From Bugula neritina (taxonomy: Eukaryota; Animalia; Bryozoa), in assembly GCA_964035545.1 (NCBI GenBank), contig OZ037772.1, positions 11,406,818 through 11,470,817 on the forward strand: 64,000 nt of DNA, in the 5' to 3' direction. This document shows, one piece after another, positions 23,989 to 34,260 of the stretch; position 1 is the first letter of the stretch, and each line of letters opens with the position of its first letter. Below the pieces are notes generated by a model that had not been told where the DNA came from, ran no database searches, and saw only the letters and a program-made list of their open reading frames with translations. The translations under genes and the position numbers were made by a program.

Positions 23989-24909
23989 CTATAAATAGAA
24001 AAAGTTTCATTATGATTGGGCAAAATATTATAGTAATTTATATTTCATGTTTGTAACACTGACAGCAAATTTTTGATAGAAAGTGTGTAATGAGCAGTAA
24101 TATCCGCCCATGTTTATCCATTTTTATTTCAACTAAACATTCTAAGCTGTAATTATATTAAGCTAAAGGTTCTATTGACATTCATATTGATAATAATGCC
24201 ATCACTGAATTGACCATAACCATAAACAAAATTATTTAATAAAAATCATTCACTGAATTATTTTAATTTTATAAAATTTTTGAATTAGCAAGAAATTTTT
24301 AGTTCTGATGTTTTCTTTGGGAAGGGGGGGGGGAGGATTTTGAAGATAAATTTTAGAAATTCCTCAAGATCATGAGCTGAAATATGATACATAAGACAGT
24401 TTTTTGTATGCCTATTACTCATAACTATAACGTATAAAGTAAAAAGAAATTTAAATAGATAAAGCATCAAGTTTATTTTTATTAAGAGAAGAAATTTTAG
24501 AATTTGGATTATTTATGCAACAGTAAAATGAAATAAAATTTTAATATCAAATCTCAAATATAAAAACTGATATTAATATTAATAGTAATTGTAATAGTAA
24601 TATAGTAATACTATAAATTAAAATGTCATTCTGTAAAATACAATATATTAATCTTATACTTATAGTAATTATAGTTTTAGTATACTTCATTTCTAATTTT
24701 TAACATAATAACATCAATATGTATTTTATAAAGAAAAATCTTCCCATACTTTACAAGACTCTATATATACCTGATAGTGTAGTATGTCTTCACTGCAGGG
24801 TGGAAACTCTTTACTGTCTGAACTAGTAATAGTAAATGAACTGAGAAGAATTCCAGTAGAGATAATACACATTCTCTGACTGTAACACCAGCATTTATCT
24901 ACTTACAGT

Positions 24910-26698
24910 CAGGGATGTAGTGGTACCCATACGGTCCCATACGCCGTATGGCCTAGAAGAAAATAGGCTGTTCTTGGCCATACGCCCGTATGGGCATATA
25001 TTTTTTGAAAGTGTTACTGATTAGTGCACAGGATAGTTAGGGCATCCTCACTGAGAACATCATAAATTTCGCTCACAATCTAGTTTAAGTTCTTGTTATG
25101 TTAATGCTATGTGGGTGGCATGCGTGTTGCCTACTTGTGATTGTTTAGCCTGAGATTACACTATGAATAATAAGCAGCTATCAACATTCCATCTTCTCAT
25201 CTCTACGTATTCACTGAAGCGCGAAGTGCTGTGCATTAGTGATTACTAAGGAAAAAATATTTCATTTTCAGTGTATAAATCACTAATTTTTAGAAAATCT
25301 ATGAAGGCTATTGAAAAGATAAAAAAGTTTGCTATGCATAAATTTCTCAGGTTTTCGACAGTGTTTGTTTTATTCGAATACTATGCTTTCCTGCTGAGAT
25401 ATTTGGCAGGGATTGAAAAATAAACTTTTCAGGTAAAATTGGCCAAAATAGTAGATTTTTGTCTATAACCTTGCAAAAAAAATATTGAAAATTCGAAAAA
25501 TCAGGTGCTCTGAGGAGCAGGAAGATCTAAAACATAGTTTTTAAATTTTAACTCTAGCACAATTAAGTATGGTTTTATTTGGCGGGACTGAATTCTTATA
25601 ATATACCAATAATGTGGCCTCAGCAAGGCAGTGTCAGCTAGAAAGTTGCCATTATTTATCTTGTGTGGACTTGCATTTTGTCAATAAGCAATGAAATTTG
25701 GAAAAAAAACCAACATGAAATCCAGAAATAAAATCAAAATGTCTTCCGGAAACAGTACCAGGTGTGTAGGAGAGGTTAATGAAAATTTATCACTGAGGTC
25801 TACAGGTACTATATCCACATTTTGGTTGCGTTATTCCATGTTAATTATCAATGCAATGAGGTTTTGCAAACTGTACACCACCATAAGTAACCTTTTATGT
25901 TTGATTGTACTAACGTCTGGCTTTACATTTAATCATCTTAACTAGGTTAACACATATTGAACCTGTCAAATTTGTTCTTTTGGGTATATTTCCTTGATGT
26001 GTCTAGTGGAAGCTCAGGGGTTTTACTTTAAAACCAAGTTAACATACTCTTCTTTGGTGTGCTTTATTGTGTGCAAGGAGGTGCGGTGGTATCTCCTTAT
26101 GGATTAGACTAGTATACTCTAATAAACTCCAACTAGGTTTTCAACCAATTTCTGCTTGCCAATGAGTTATCAATTCAAATTGCTCTTTATAAATAACCAA
26201 CACACATTTTCTAATTTGCAATCTTCCTCTGTTCTGTTCTATAATTCTTTTTCTGTGCACGGCAGTGTATTAGATATTTGAAGTAATCAGGTTACATTTG
26301 GAGAGCACTTGTTACCTGTCTCTATCCTTCCATCTTTTTGAGATCTTCAGCAATTTTTCTGTACAGGTTGGACTTAGTGTCAATTGAGTAAGACTGCATT
26401 TAAAATTACAGTCAACAGGTATGGGACAATACTGAATATTTATATAGTTTGCAGCAATGCCCAGTCGTCATGTAGCTGGTATGGTATGAAAATAATAGTG
26501 AGGTGCACATTTCAACACAGATTTTTTTCAGAAGAATTAGAATTCACAATGGCTTTAAATTGCATAAATTTGCATCAGAAGCGCTCTGAGGGCTTCGGCG
26601 GCCGGGGCGCTGCCCCGGACCCCGCCGGGGGCCTAGGCGGCCCCCTGGACCCCCGGCCTGAGAGTATGGCCAAGAATATTTTTGCCACTACATCCCTG
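24910..26698. mobile_element. Non-autonomous hAT DNA transposon, 1789 bp
   Basis: Perfect 14-bp TIRs CAGGGATGTAGTGG / CCACTACATCCCTG; perfect 8-bp TSD CTTACAGT at 24902-24909 and 26699-26706; GC-rich subterminal hairpins at 26580-26660; no intact transposase ORF. Confidence 0.93.
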
Positions 26699-27009
26699 CT
26701 TACAGTATTATGTGATGTTTACAGTTGAGCTAGCAGAACAATGCATGCACTCTCAGGTGCACCATGTAATTATCTGAAACTGAGAACAAAGACTTCCAGA
26801 GAGGGTACGAATTCTGGAGACATTAAAGAGTAAGTGAAATGACAAGACAGATGTTAAAGGGTTCCTTCTCACTTAATTTTTTGTTCCTTTTATAAACCTA
26901 CAATACAACTGATAATTTAACAAAATAAGGTAAACTCAGATGTACCCTAAGTTGTATTATTATCTTCAGTTACTTAAGTTATGGAGTGCAAATACTGTCA
27001 ATGTAACAG

Positions 27010-27325
27010 CAGGTGAATGGTTTAATCCTCAGTAAAGGCCATTGGTATAATGTTAAGAAGGGCATTCAGTTACAATTGTTCCTGTACCACAATAGAATAT
27101 GAAAGGCCTTATAACCCTTTAGGGAACAGCCATGGTCTAGGGGTTAAAGCATTTACCTAGTAAGCACTAATTCATGGGTTCAAGCCCTGACAAAGGCCAT
27201 TGGTGATGTTAGGAAGAGGATTCAGTCATAATTGCTCTTGTGCCTCATTTAAACATAAGTCCTTAACTTGTGTTAACAAAAACCCTTTCTATCAGGGGTT
27301 TCTCACAGGGATAGTAACTATAAAC
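27010..27325 (+). mobile_element. Two adjacent tRNA-derived SINE copies (partial 27010-27100; fuller 27130-27325)
   Basis: B-box-like GGGTTCAAGCCC followed by AAAGGCCATTGGTGATGTTAGGAAGAGG and tail ATCAGGGGTTTCTCACAGGGATAGT, shared with 32750-32930. Confidence 0.7.
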
Positions 27326-27644
27326 TTGCGTGAGTGAGTTTTATAACTATTTTCCATGAGGGGTTCCAGCAGTGATATGGTGATTACAAAAATACTAAAA
27401 ATGATTGATTTTTCAAATTTTATACTTTGAAATTTTATTTATGAATAATAAATGTTATTGGTTCTGTAAATTAAACTCTGAAATATTCAAAAAATAGTGT
27501 TGGAATCGTATGATGTTAATTAAAGTCAAATTATGTTATTTTAAGCACCAACTAGCAACTAGACATGTTAAGTTTACACTGTCACTATCAAATGCTTATA
27601 CATGTTTGCCAAAACATGAGAAAATTCTGGATAGGAAAATAATA

Positions 27645-27775
<131 letters not shown>

Positions 27776-27804
27776 TTATATCAAGAAAAAGAGCAATGTT
27801 ATTT

Positions 27805-27855
27805 TATTGTGCTACTATTAGTTTCATGCCTCTTCAGCACTCCTCAGGCACAATA
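27805..27855 (-). ncRNA. Type I minimal hammerhead ribozyme in a terminal-repeat fragment of a second Penelope-like family (fragment about 27773-28063)
   Basis: Minus strand: ATTGTGC-CTGAGGA-GTGC(TGAAGAG)GCAT-GAAAC-TAATA-GTA-GCACAAT. Complete catalytic core, stems I and II, GUA cleavage triplet. Confidence 0.85.
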
Positions 27856-28077
27856 TTGAATTCAATTTTTGAAATTAGGAAAATCAACATGCTAAACACA
27901 ACGTAAAACATAATAGTGGCTTTGGTGTTATAGTAAAATATTAAAATCAAACAGTAAATTGTGTAAATAGTAACACTTTGTCCTTGCTAGAGATGGCAGC
28001 ATTTATTAAACAGTTGGAAAATATAATAATTTGAGCACTCTTTTATCTGCTGTTTAACAAACTCACACACACACACA

Positions 28078-28154
<77 letters not shown>

Positions 28155-28186
28155 AGTAATGAACGATAAAATTTGATTTAAAACAC

Positions 28187-28237
28187 TTTATTACTACTAG
28201 TTTCATGTGCATAGAATGTACACAATCATCAGATAAA
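28187..28237 (-). ncRNA. Hammerhead ribozyme, inverted pseudo-LTR copy
   Basis: Minus strand: TTTAT-CTGATGA-TTGTGTACATTCTATGCACAT-GAAAC-TAGTA-GTA-ATAAA. Confidence 0.85.
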
Positions 28238-28368
28238 ATGTTAAGATGTAATGTAACAAGAATAAAAACATACTATATATATGTATGAGAAATGTGTGTA
28301 AAAGCTATAAAGCCAATGGATTAAAATACATAAATTATAGATGGAATAAAAGTGATTAAGAGATTAAA

Positions 28369-30381
28369 ATGTCAAGTCACAAGTCAAGTCAAGTCAGAAG
28401 AATGAGATGGCGTGCATACTTCTTTCTTAACCCTGAAGCAAAAACTTATCAGAAAGAGACATACGGATTCAAATCTAACAAGACTCCACCGCAGATCCCC
28501 CAACTCCTAAGATTTGAAAAACGCATGTCTACTTTAATCCACAGACTGAATTTCAGAAAAGTCACATGCAGCTTTCAACAGAAGTTGCACAACGACATAA
28601 AGAAGAAGATAATTCCAGCCAACGTCATTGTACCAGCAGACAAAACATCAAACTATTATGAGCTGAGCTGCAATACCTACAATGAAATGCTTTACAACAA
28701 CATAACAAAATGCTACAAAAAAGAAGACAAGAACACACCCTTAACCATTTCCAGAGAAGACAAAAATATAGCAACTGGCTTACACTTAGCTGACAGGATC
28801 AACTGCACGAACCAGAAACCAGCCTACATCACACTAAAAGATCATAAAAACAACTTTGAAACTACCCCAACCTGCAGACTAATAAATCCATCCAAGCCAG
28901 AAATAGGGAAGATAAGTAAGCATATACTTGACAAAATCAACTCCGAAATCACTAAAGAATTAAATTTGAACCAATGGAAAAATACCAACTCAGTACTTAA
29001 CTGGTTTAACAACATAAAGAACAAAAAAAGCCACGCTTTTATTGAGTTTGACATCGTTGACTTTTACCCATCCATCACATCCGACTTACTAAGTAAAGCA
29101 TTGGAATTTGCATCTCTTCATGTACAAATAACACACGAAGAGCGGCAAATTATTATGCATACAAAAAAGTCACTTCTATACAACAAAGGTGAAGTGTGGA
29201 GCAAAACTACATCGGATCAGCTATTTGATGGAGCAGAGACCTGCGAACTGGTCGGCACATTTCTCTTGTACCATGTGACCAGCAAGCATGGCCCCAATTT
29301 TGGTTTATACCGAGATGATGGTTTAGGTGTCTTGACATCTTCAGCTAGAACCATCGAGGCCACAAAGAAGGACATATGCCACATTTTCAAGCAATATGGA
29401 TTAAAAATCACAATTGAGGCAAATAAAAAAACAGTAAACTTTTTAGATATCCACCTCAACCTCACAAACGAGATATACCAACCATACAACAAGCCAAACA
29501 ATATCCCCACATATGTTCATGCAAAATCCAACCACCCACCATCTATTATTCACAACATCCCAGAATCCATAAACAGACGACTCTCATCCATCTCATCCAA
29601 CTCCACCACATTCAACAACAACACAGCAATCTACCAACAAGCACTCATTAAAAGCGGATACAATCATAAGCTAAATTTTTACACGCCAACAGAGGTCACA
29701 AAGAAACCAAATCGTAGAAGAAAGGTAACATGGTTTAACCCTCCCTTTAGTATAAACGTAACTAATAACATTGGAAAAGAGTTTATCAAAATCATCAGCG
29801 AAGAGTTTCCTCCAAGCCATGAACTCTACAGAATTTTTAATAAGAAAACATTAAAAGTGTCATATAGCTGCATGCCCAACATAGCAGCAATCATAAATGG
29901 TCACAATAAGAAAGTATTGAAATCAGAAGAACATGAACACCACACAAAGCCATGTAACTGCAAATCTAAAAACAATTGCCCACTGAGTGGCCAGTGCTGC
30001 ACTGAGGCTGTCGTTTACCAGGCAACAGTCACAAACAACAACAACACAGCAGTAGAGACATACGTGGGACTAACCCAGAACCAGTTCAAGTATCGATACA
30101 ATAACCACACAGCCAGCTTCAAGAACACCAGTAAACAAAACTCCACCGAGCTGAGCAAATATATTTGGAAATTAAAGAACAACAATATAGCTTATGAGAT
30201 AAAGTGGAAAATTCTAGCCAGAGCACAACCATGCAACAAGCAGTCACCACTCTGCAAGCTATGCCTGCTAGAAAAATACTTTATAATCTGCAAGCCACAT
30301 TTATCCTCACTCAACAGCCGTAATGAGATAATAACAACATGCAGGCACGCTAGAAAGCTCCTCCTAGAGAATGTGACTTGA
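28369..30381 (+). CDS. Penelope-like reverse transcriptase with C-terminal GIY-YIG endonuclease (670 aa), probably defective
   Basis: Motifs PADKT, CRLINPSK, FDIVDFYPSI, DGAETCELVG, GLYRDDGL, VNFLD, WFNPPFS, CNCK-x4-CPL, VVY..YVGLT..FKYRY.NH, CKLCLLEK, LNSR.E..CRH. Apparent 7-codon deletion in RT motif B' and N-terminal truncation. Confidence 0.93.
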   Translation: MSSHKSSQVRRMRWRAYFFLNPEAKTYQKETYGFKSNKTPPQIPQLLRFEKRMSTLIHRLNFRKVTCSFQQKLHNDIKKKIIPANVIVPADKTSNYYELSCNTYNEMLYNNITKCYKKEDKNTPLTISREDKNIATGLHLADRINCTNQKPAYITLKDHKNNFETTPTCRLINPSKPEIGKISKHILDKINSEITKELNLNQWKNTNSVLNWFNNIKNKKSHAFIEFDIVDFYPSITSDLLSKALEFASLHVQITHEERQIIMHTKKSLLYNKGEVWSKTTSDQLFDGAETCELVGTFLLYHVTSKHGPNFGLYRDDGLGVLTSSARTIEATKKDICHIFKQYGLKITIEANKKTVNFLDIHLNLTNEIYQPYNKPNNIPTYVHAKSNHPPSIIHNIPESINRRLSSISSNSTTFNNNTAIYQQALIKSGYNHKLNFYTPTEVTKKPNRRRKVTWFNPPFSINVTNNIGKEFIKIISEEFPPSHELYRIFNKKTLKVSYSCMPNIAAIINGHNKKVLKSEEHEHHTKPCNCKSKNNCPLSGQCCTEAVVYQATVTNNNNTAVETYVGLTQNQFKYRYNNHTASFKNTSKQNSTELSKYIWKLKNNNIAYEIKWKILARAQPCNKQSPLCKLCLLEKYFIICKPHLSSLNSRNEIITTCRHARKLLLENVT

Positions 30382-30511
30382 CATTTTAATCTCTTAATCA
30401 CTTTTATTCCATCTATTTATGTATTTTAATCCATTGGCTTTATAGCTTTTACACACATTTCTCATACATATATATAGTATGTTTTTATTCTTGTTACATT
30501 ACATCTTAACA

Positions 30512-30563
30512 TTTTATCTGATGATGGTGTACATTCTATGCACATGAAACTAGTAGTAATAAA
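30512..30563 (+). ncRNA. Hammerhead ribozyme in the 3' pseudo-LTR of the Penelope-like element
   Basis: TTTAT-CTGATGA(30518-30524)-stem II GTGTA/TGCAC-GAAAC(30546-30550)-TAGTA-GTA-ATAAA; palindromic minimal stem III typical of PLE hammerheads. Confidence 0.88.
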
Positions 30564-30654
30564 GTGTTTTAAATCAAATTTTATCGTTCATTACTTTTAT
30601 TTATTTACTCTGCTCTGCACTGCATTGAGCTCTCTTTAGTGGTAAACTATACAC

Positions 30655-30723
<69 letters not shown>

Positions 30724-30851
30724 TATAACAAAGTCAAATTTGGTGCACACTTCTATATGAGCATATAGTATAGTCTTGGCAAATTTTACTGTTGCATTTT
30801 GAGTTTTAGTTTTAATATAAGTAAACGTGTCAGAATATTTTAAAAACCTTA

Positions 30852-33800
30852 TTATAACAAAACACATCTACTTCGTTCAGCAGAATTCAACTTTTCTTTT
30901 GAAGCCTTACTTTCTTCATTGTCCTGTATATCGTTTTGACCTTTGATCCCAAGTTTTCTGCTCATTGTGGTGTACATTGTCGTACCAGTATAGACATGTT
31001 CATTATATTCTGACATGACATTTTCAAACACCTGGTTTAGGTCAACACCTTTATACATCTTAGATACGACGTCAGATACCAACGGCCGAGGCGACTTGGA
31101 TACCAGAATTAGAATGTCTCTCTCAGCTGCACTGGCTTCTTCTCCTTCAACTGACTTTTTTTCATAAAGAACTGGGAAATGCTGCGTGATTAGGTTGTCG
31201 TTTTGAATAACAAACACCTGGGGAATATTTTCAATGATGTAAGTTTCAGAAAATTTTTGAACACATAGTAGGCTTGAGAGCAAACTTGTATCAAACATTT
31301 TCTACAGCAAGTCAAAGTGAAGTCAATTACTAAAAAACCAGTAACAATTGACGTCTAACTGACTGAGACTCTAAAATACTTCTGTTGAATCAAAGATGAC
31401 CTGTTCAATATTGAAAGTTTAGTCATATAAGCGAAGAAAATCAGAGTTAATTATTACTTTGTAAGAACATTTCTTTTAGTTTTAAAAACCTGCTTTACTA
31501 GTTAATAGTTTAGTATAAGAAATGGAGTATGCAATACCAAACTTGGACAAAATTATAATTTTATGAACGATAAATGAGAGATTATAGGGACTGCAAGCAT
31601 AGATTAATATGAAAATCTGCATCTAAATTTTTTTCACCTATATATAATATTTATACTGCATCATATTAAAAAGTTAAATCTGTTCCAAATTAATAGAAAT
31701 TTAAGTTTCTTTGTTTTAACACCTAATATTTTGTTAAACAATTGGCTATAATGATTAGTAATATGTGGAAAAAAGAAATGCAATTGCTCACTTTAGGCTT
31801 GTCCTTGAGATTCTGAAGCTGTGCTAGTTTTACCAGAAACGTCTCAACGAGGCCATCTTCTTGCTTTTTGACATCTTTGACCAGCACCAGAGTTCCTGTC
31901 AGCTCTTCCTGGTTGTCCAAGTCTTTCAGCACAGTTTCTAATGTTTTACTGCTTGGATTTTCGTAAACTGTTGGTATCAAGTTCATTTTCTCTAAACTTT
32001 CAACAATCTTTTCATTTTCGTCATTGTCTCCCTCGGAGCAGGTGAAGTGAAGTAGGAGAATGTTGAATGTCCCCCAGTCGACCCAAGATACTAAAATGTA
32101 TAAACATAATACAGTAACAGTTGAGTATCTTCTCCCTGTTCTAAGTTACGGCATTGCTTTATATATTATCTAAACTTATGTTGCTTGATTTGGAGCGAGA
32201 GTATTGAAACCGCAACCAGTGTTGGTTAAAAGCAAGTATGTTTTCAAAATTGTTCTATTTGCAAAAAAATCATATGCAGAACTTTGAGCACTAATCAACT
32301 TGTTGGTGAGGTCATAAAACTATGAGCAAAGTATTACTGAAGACAGATATTATTACATTTAAAAGTAGCAAATATATTAAATATAAAAGGGAAAAAATTT
32401 ACATGTAGCGAATAAAGATCAAGCCGTGGGAGAGCGTTGTGAGACAATCTCAGTGATTTTATATTGCAAATGGTTACTCCATATTGTGACTAGATTGTCA
32501 TATTGCTATTAATTTTTGTTTATATCCATGCAAGCACTCTATAGATCTTTAGTGAAGCATAAAATGCGTGGTTTTAGTAATTCAGTCAAAGGCAATCATT
32601 TAAGGAGCAGCAATTTTTATTGATACTTATTTTGGTCAACGCTATTATAGAATTGTCCAGTATCACTTCAGTTGCTGGCTGTCAAGTGAACTGTAATTTA
32701 CTAGCACTCACAAATCACTCACTACTTTTTAAAGCAAGCAATATCTCATCTAATCTAGGGGTTAGAGTGTTTGGATTAGTAAACACTAAGTCGTGGGTTC
32801 GAACCCCAGTAAAGGCCATTGGTGATGTTAAAAAGAGCATCCAGGCATAATTGCTCCTAGGTCACATATGAACAAGCTTCATTTGACAAAAATGCCTTTT
32901 ATCAGGGGTTCTCACAGGGATAGTGAGTTAAATACAATCATTTAGCAGCTAGTGTTATATACTGAGTGCATTACAGAATACACTCCAGAGTTGCATGTTG
33001 TGAGATGTAGACTAACCATTACTAAGAGAAGATATAGTTCCAGATGTTTGAGTGGTTGCACGGCTGCTAAGGGGTGCTAAAACACATTCAGAATAAAGTT
33101 AACAGTCAATCAGGACATTAAAGTTGTTTGCAGAAATGAGAATATTTTTATGAGCACTCCATGACATAGAAGTTGATTTCATTGTTGGGCTAAGAGCAGT
33201 AGACTATATTACATTGAAGAAATGCTCTCCTACACATGTATAGTGAAGACAAATCATATTATTGTTTCTTTGAAAAGGCAAATTTATCAGTATTGAAGCC
33301 ATCTCGATTCTTAAGCAAAGATTTACTGTTAAAATATACAGCTAGACAGGCAAGCAGATGGACAGCTCAAAAGCCTATCACGGCTTGTATAATTAATTTG
33401 AGCTAAATCTTGCTGTAAAATGTTAAGTGGCTTGTAGATCTTTACTGACCAGCCATGTGGTCTGATGCATGTTTAGGCAGGTAAATTGCTGCAGCTGATA
33501 TATAATAATTAGATATGTTCAAGAGCCAAATATATTTTTTAATGAAAACGTAAGAATCAAATCTAAGTTATTATTTTAGTTGTTCTAGTTATGAGAATAA
33601 CTCCTAATTTTTTATTGATACTTATTTTGGTCAACGCTATTATAGAATTGTCCAGTATCACTTCAGTTGCTGGCTGTCAAGTGAACTGTAATTTACTAGC
33701 ACTCACAAAACACTCACTACCTTTTATAGCAAGCAACGAAATTAAACCTCCATGATATAAATTATATTATATTCAGATTTAGACTGTAAGATATATTTAA

Positions 33801-34153
33801 ATACTTTTACTCTGTTGATTATCATTTATAATAATATTATTATAAATGATAATCACCAGAGTAGAATAGGTTATTATGGGTATAGTTTCAGTGAATGCTA
33901 AGCCCATGCTGGTACACACAGGTTCCAACCTTACTATATAACAGCATGCCGTTTGGCTATCAAAATGCAAAAGTATTTAAATATATCTTACAGTCTAATT
34001 CTTCTGCTGGTGGGGTCCTTTCAGGTAGAGGCAAATTTATTTCGATTTCCTCTGCAAGCAATATATAATAAATAATATAAATTTATTAATAAATATTTAT
34101 AAATATATAATTGATTATATAAATTAATAAACAAATAAATAAATAAATAAATA

Positions 34154-34201
<48 letters not shown>

Positions 34202-34215
34202 ATATATATGTTATC

Positions 34216-34260
<45 letters not shown>

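Larger units (their letters stand above)
28146..30660 (+). mobile_element. Penelope-like retroelement (Naiad-type), 5'-truncated with an inverted pseudo-LTR, inserted in (TA)n
   Basis: RT + GIY-YIG ORF; 28146-28381 is the near-perfect reverse complement of 30372-30605; TA runs on both sides; hammerhead motif in the repeat. Confidence 0.93.

Noticed and set aside
25691-26728. Transposase ORFs inside the hAT element
   Set aside because: Short ORFs with no recognisable BED, DDE or dimerisation motifs.
24771-26780. Minus-strand coding exon interrupted by the hAT element
   Set aside because: A donor exists at about 24770, but no open frame ending in the required phase 1 was found after removing the element.
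28146-30605. DNA transposon with 235-bp TIRs
   Set aside because: The ORF is RT + GIY-YIG, and the repeat is an inverted copy of the 3' end with a hammerhead, as expected for Penelope-like elements.
28369-30660. Selenoprotein-encoding Naiad element (reported for some members of this clade)
   Set aside because: The ORF has no internal in-frame TGA and I could not identify a convincing SECIS; the terminal TGA follows the normal C-terminal CRH motif.
31218-31301. Start of the pseudo-caspase second exon at acceptor 31301 or ATG 31298
   Set aside because: In frame, but the acceptor giving exon start 31217 restores the caspase-like KPK-VFVIQ motif; 31301 remains only a possible alternative.
32750-32830. 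tRNA gene
   Set aside because: It has a B-box but no complete cloverleaf, and continues into a body shared by several diverged copies, so it is a SINE.
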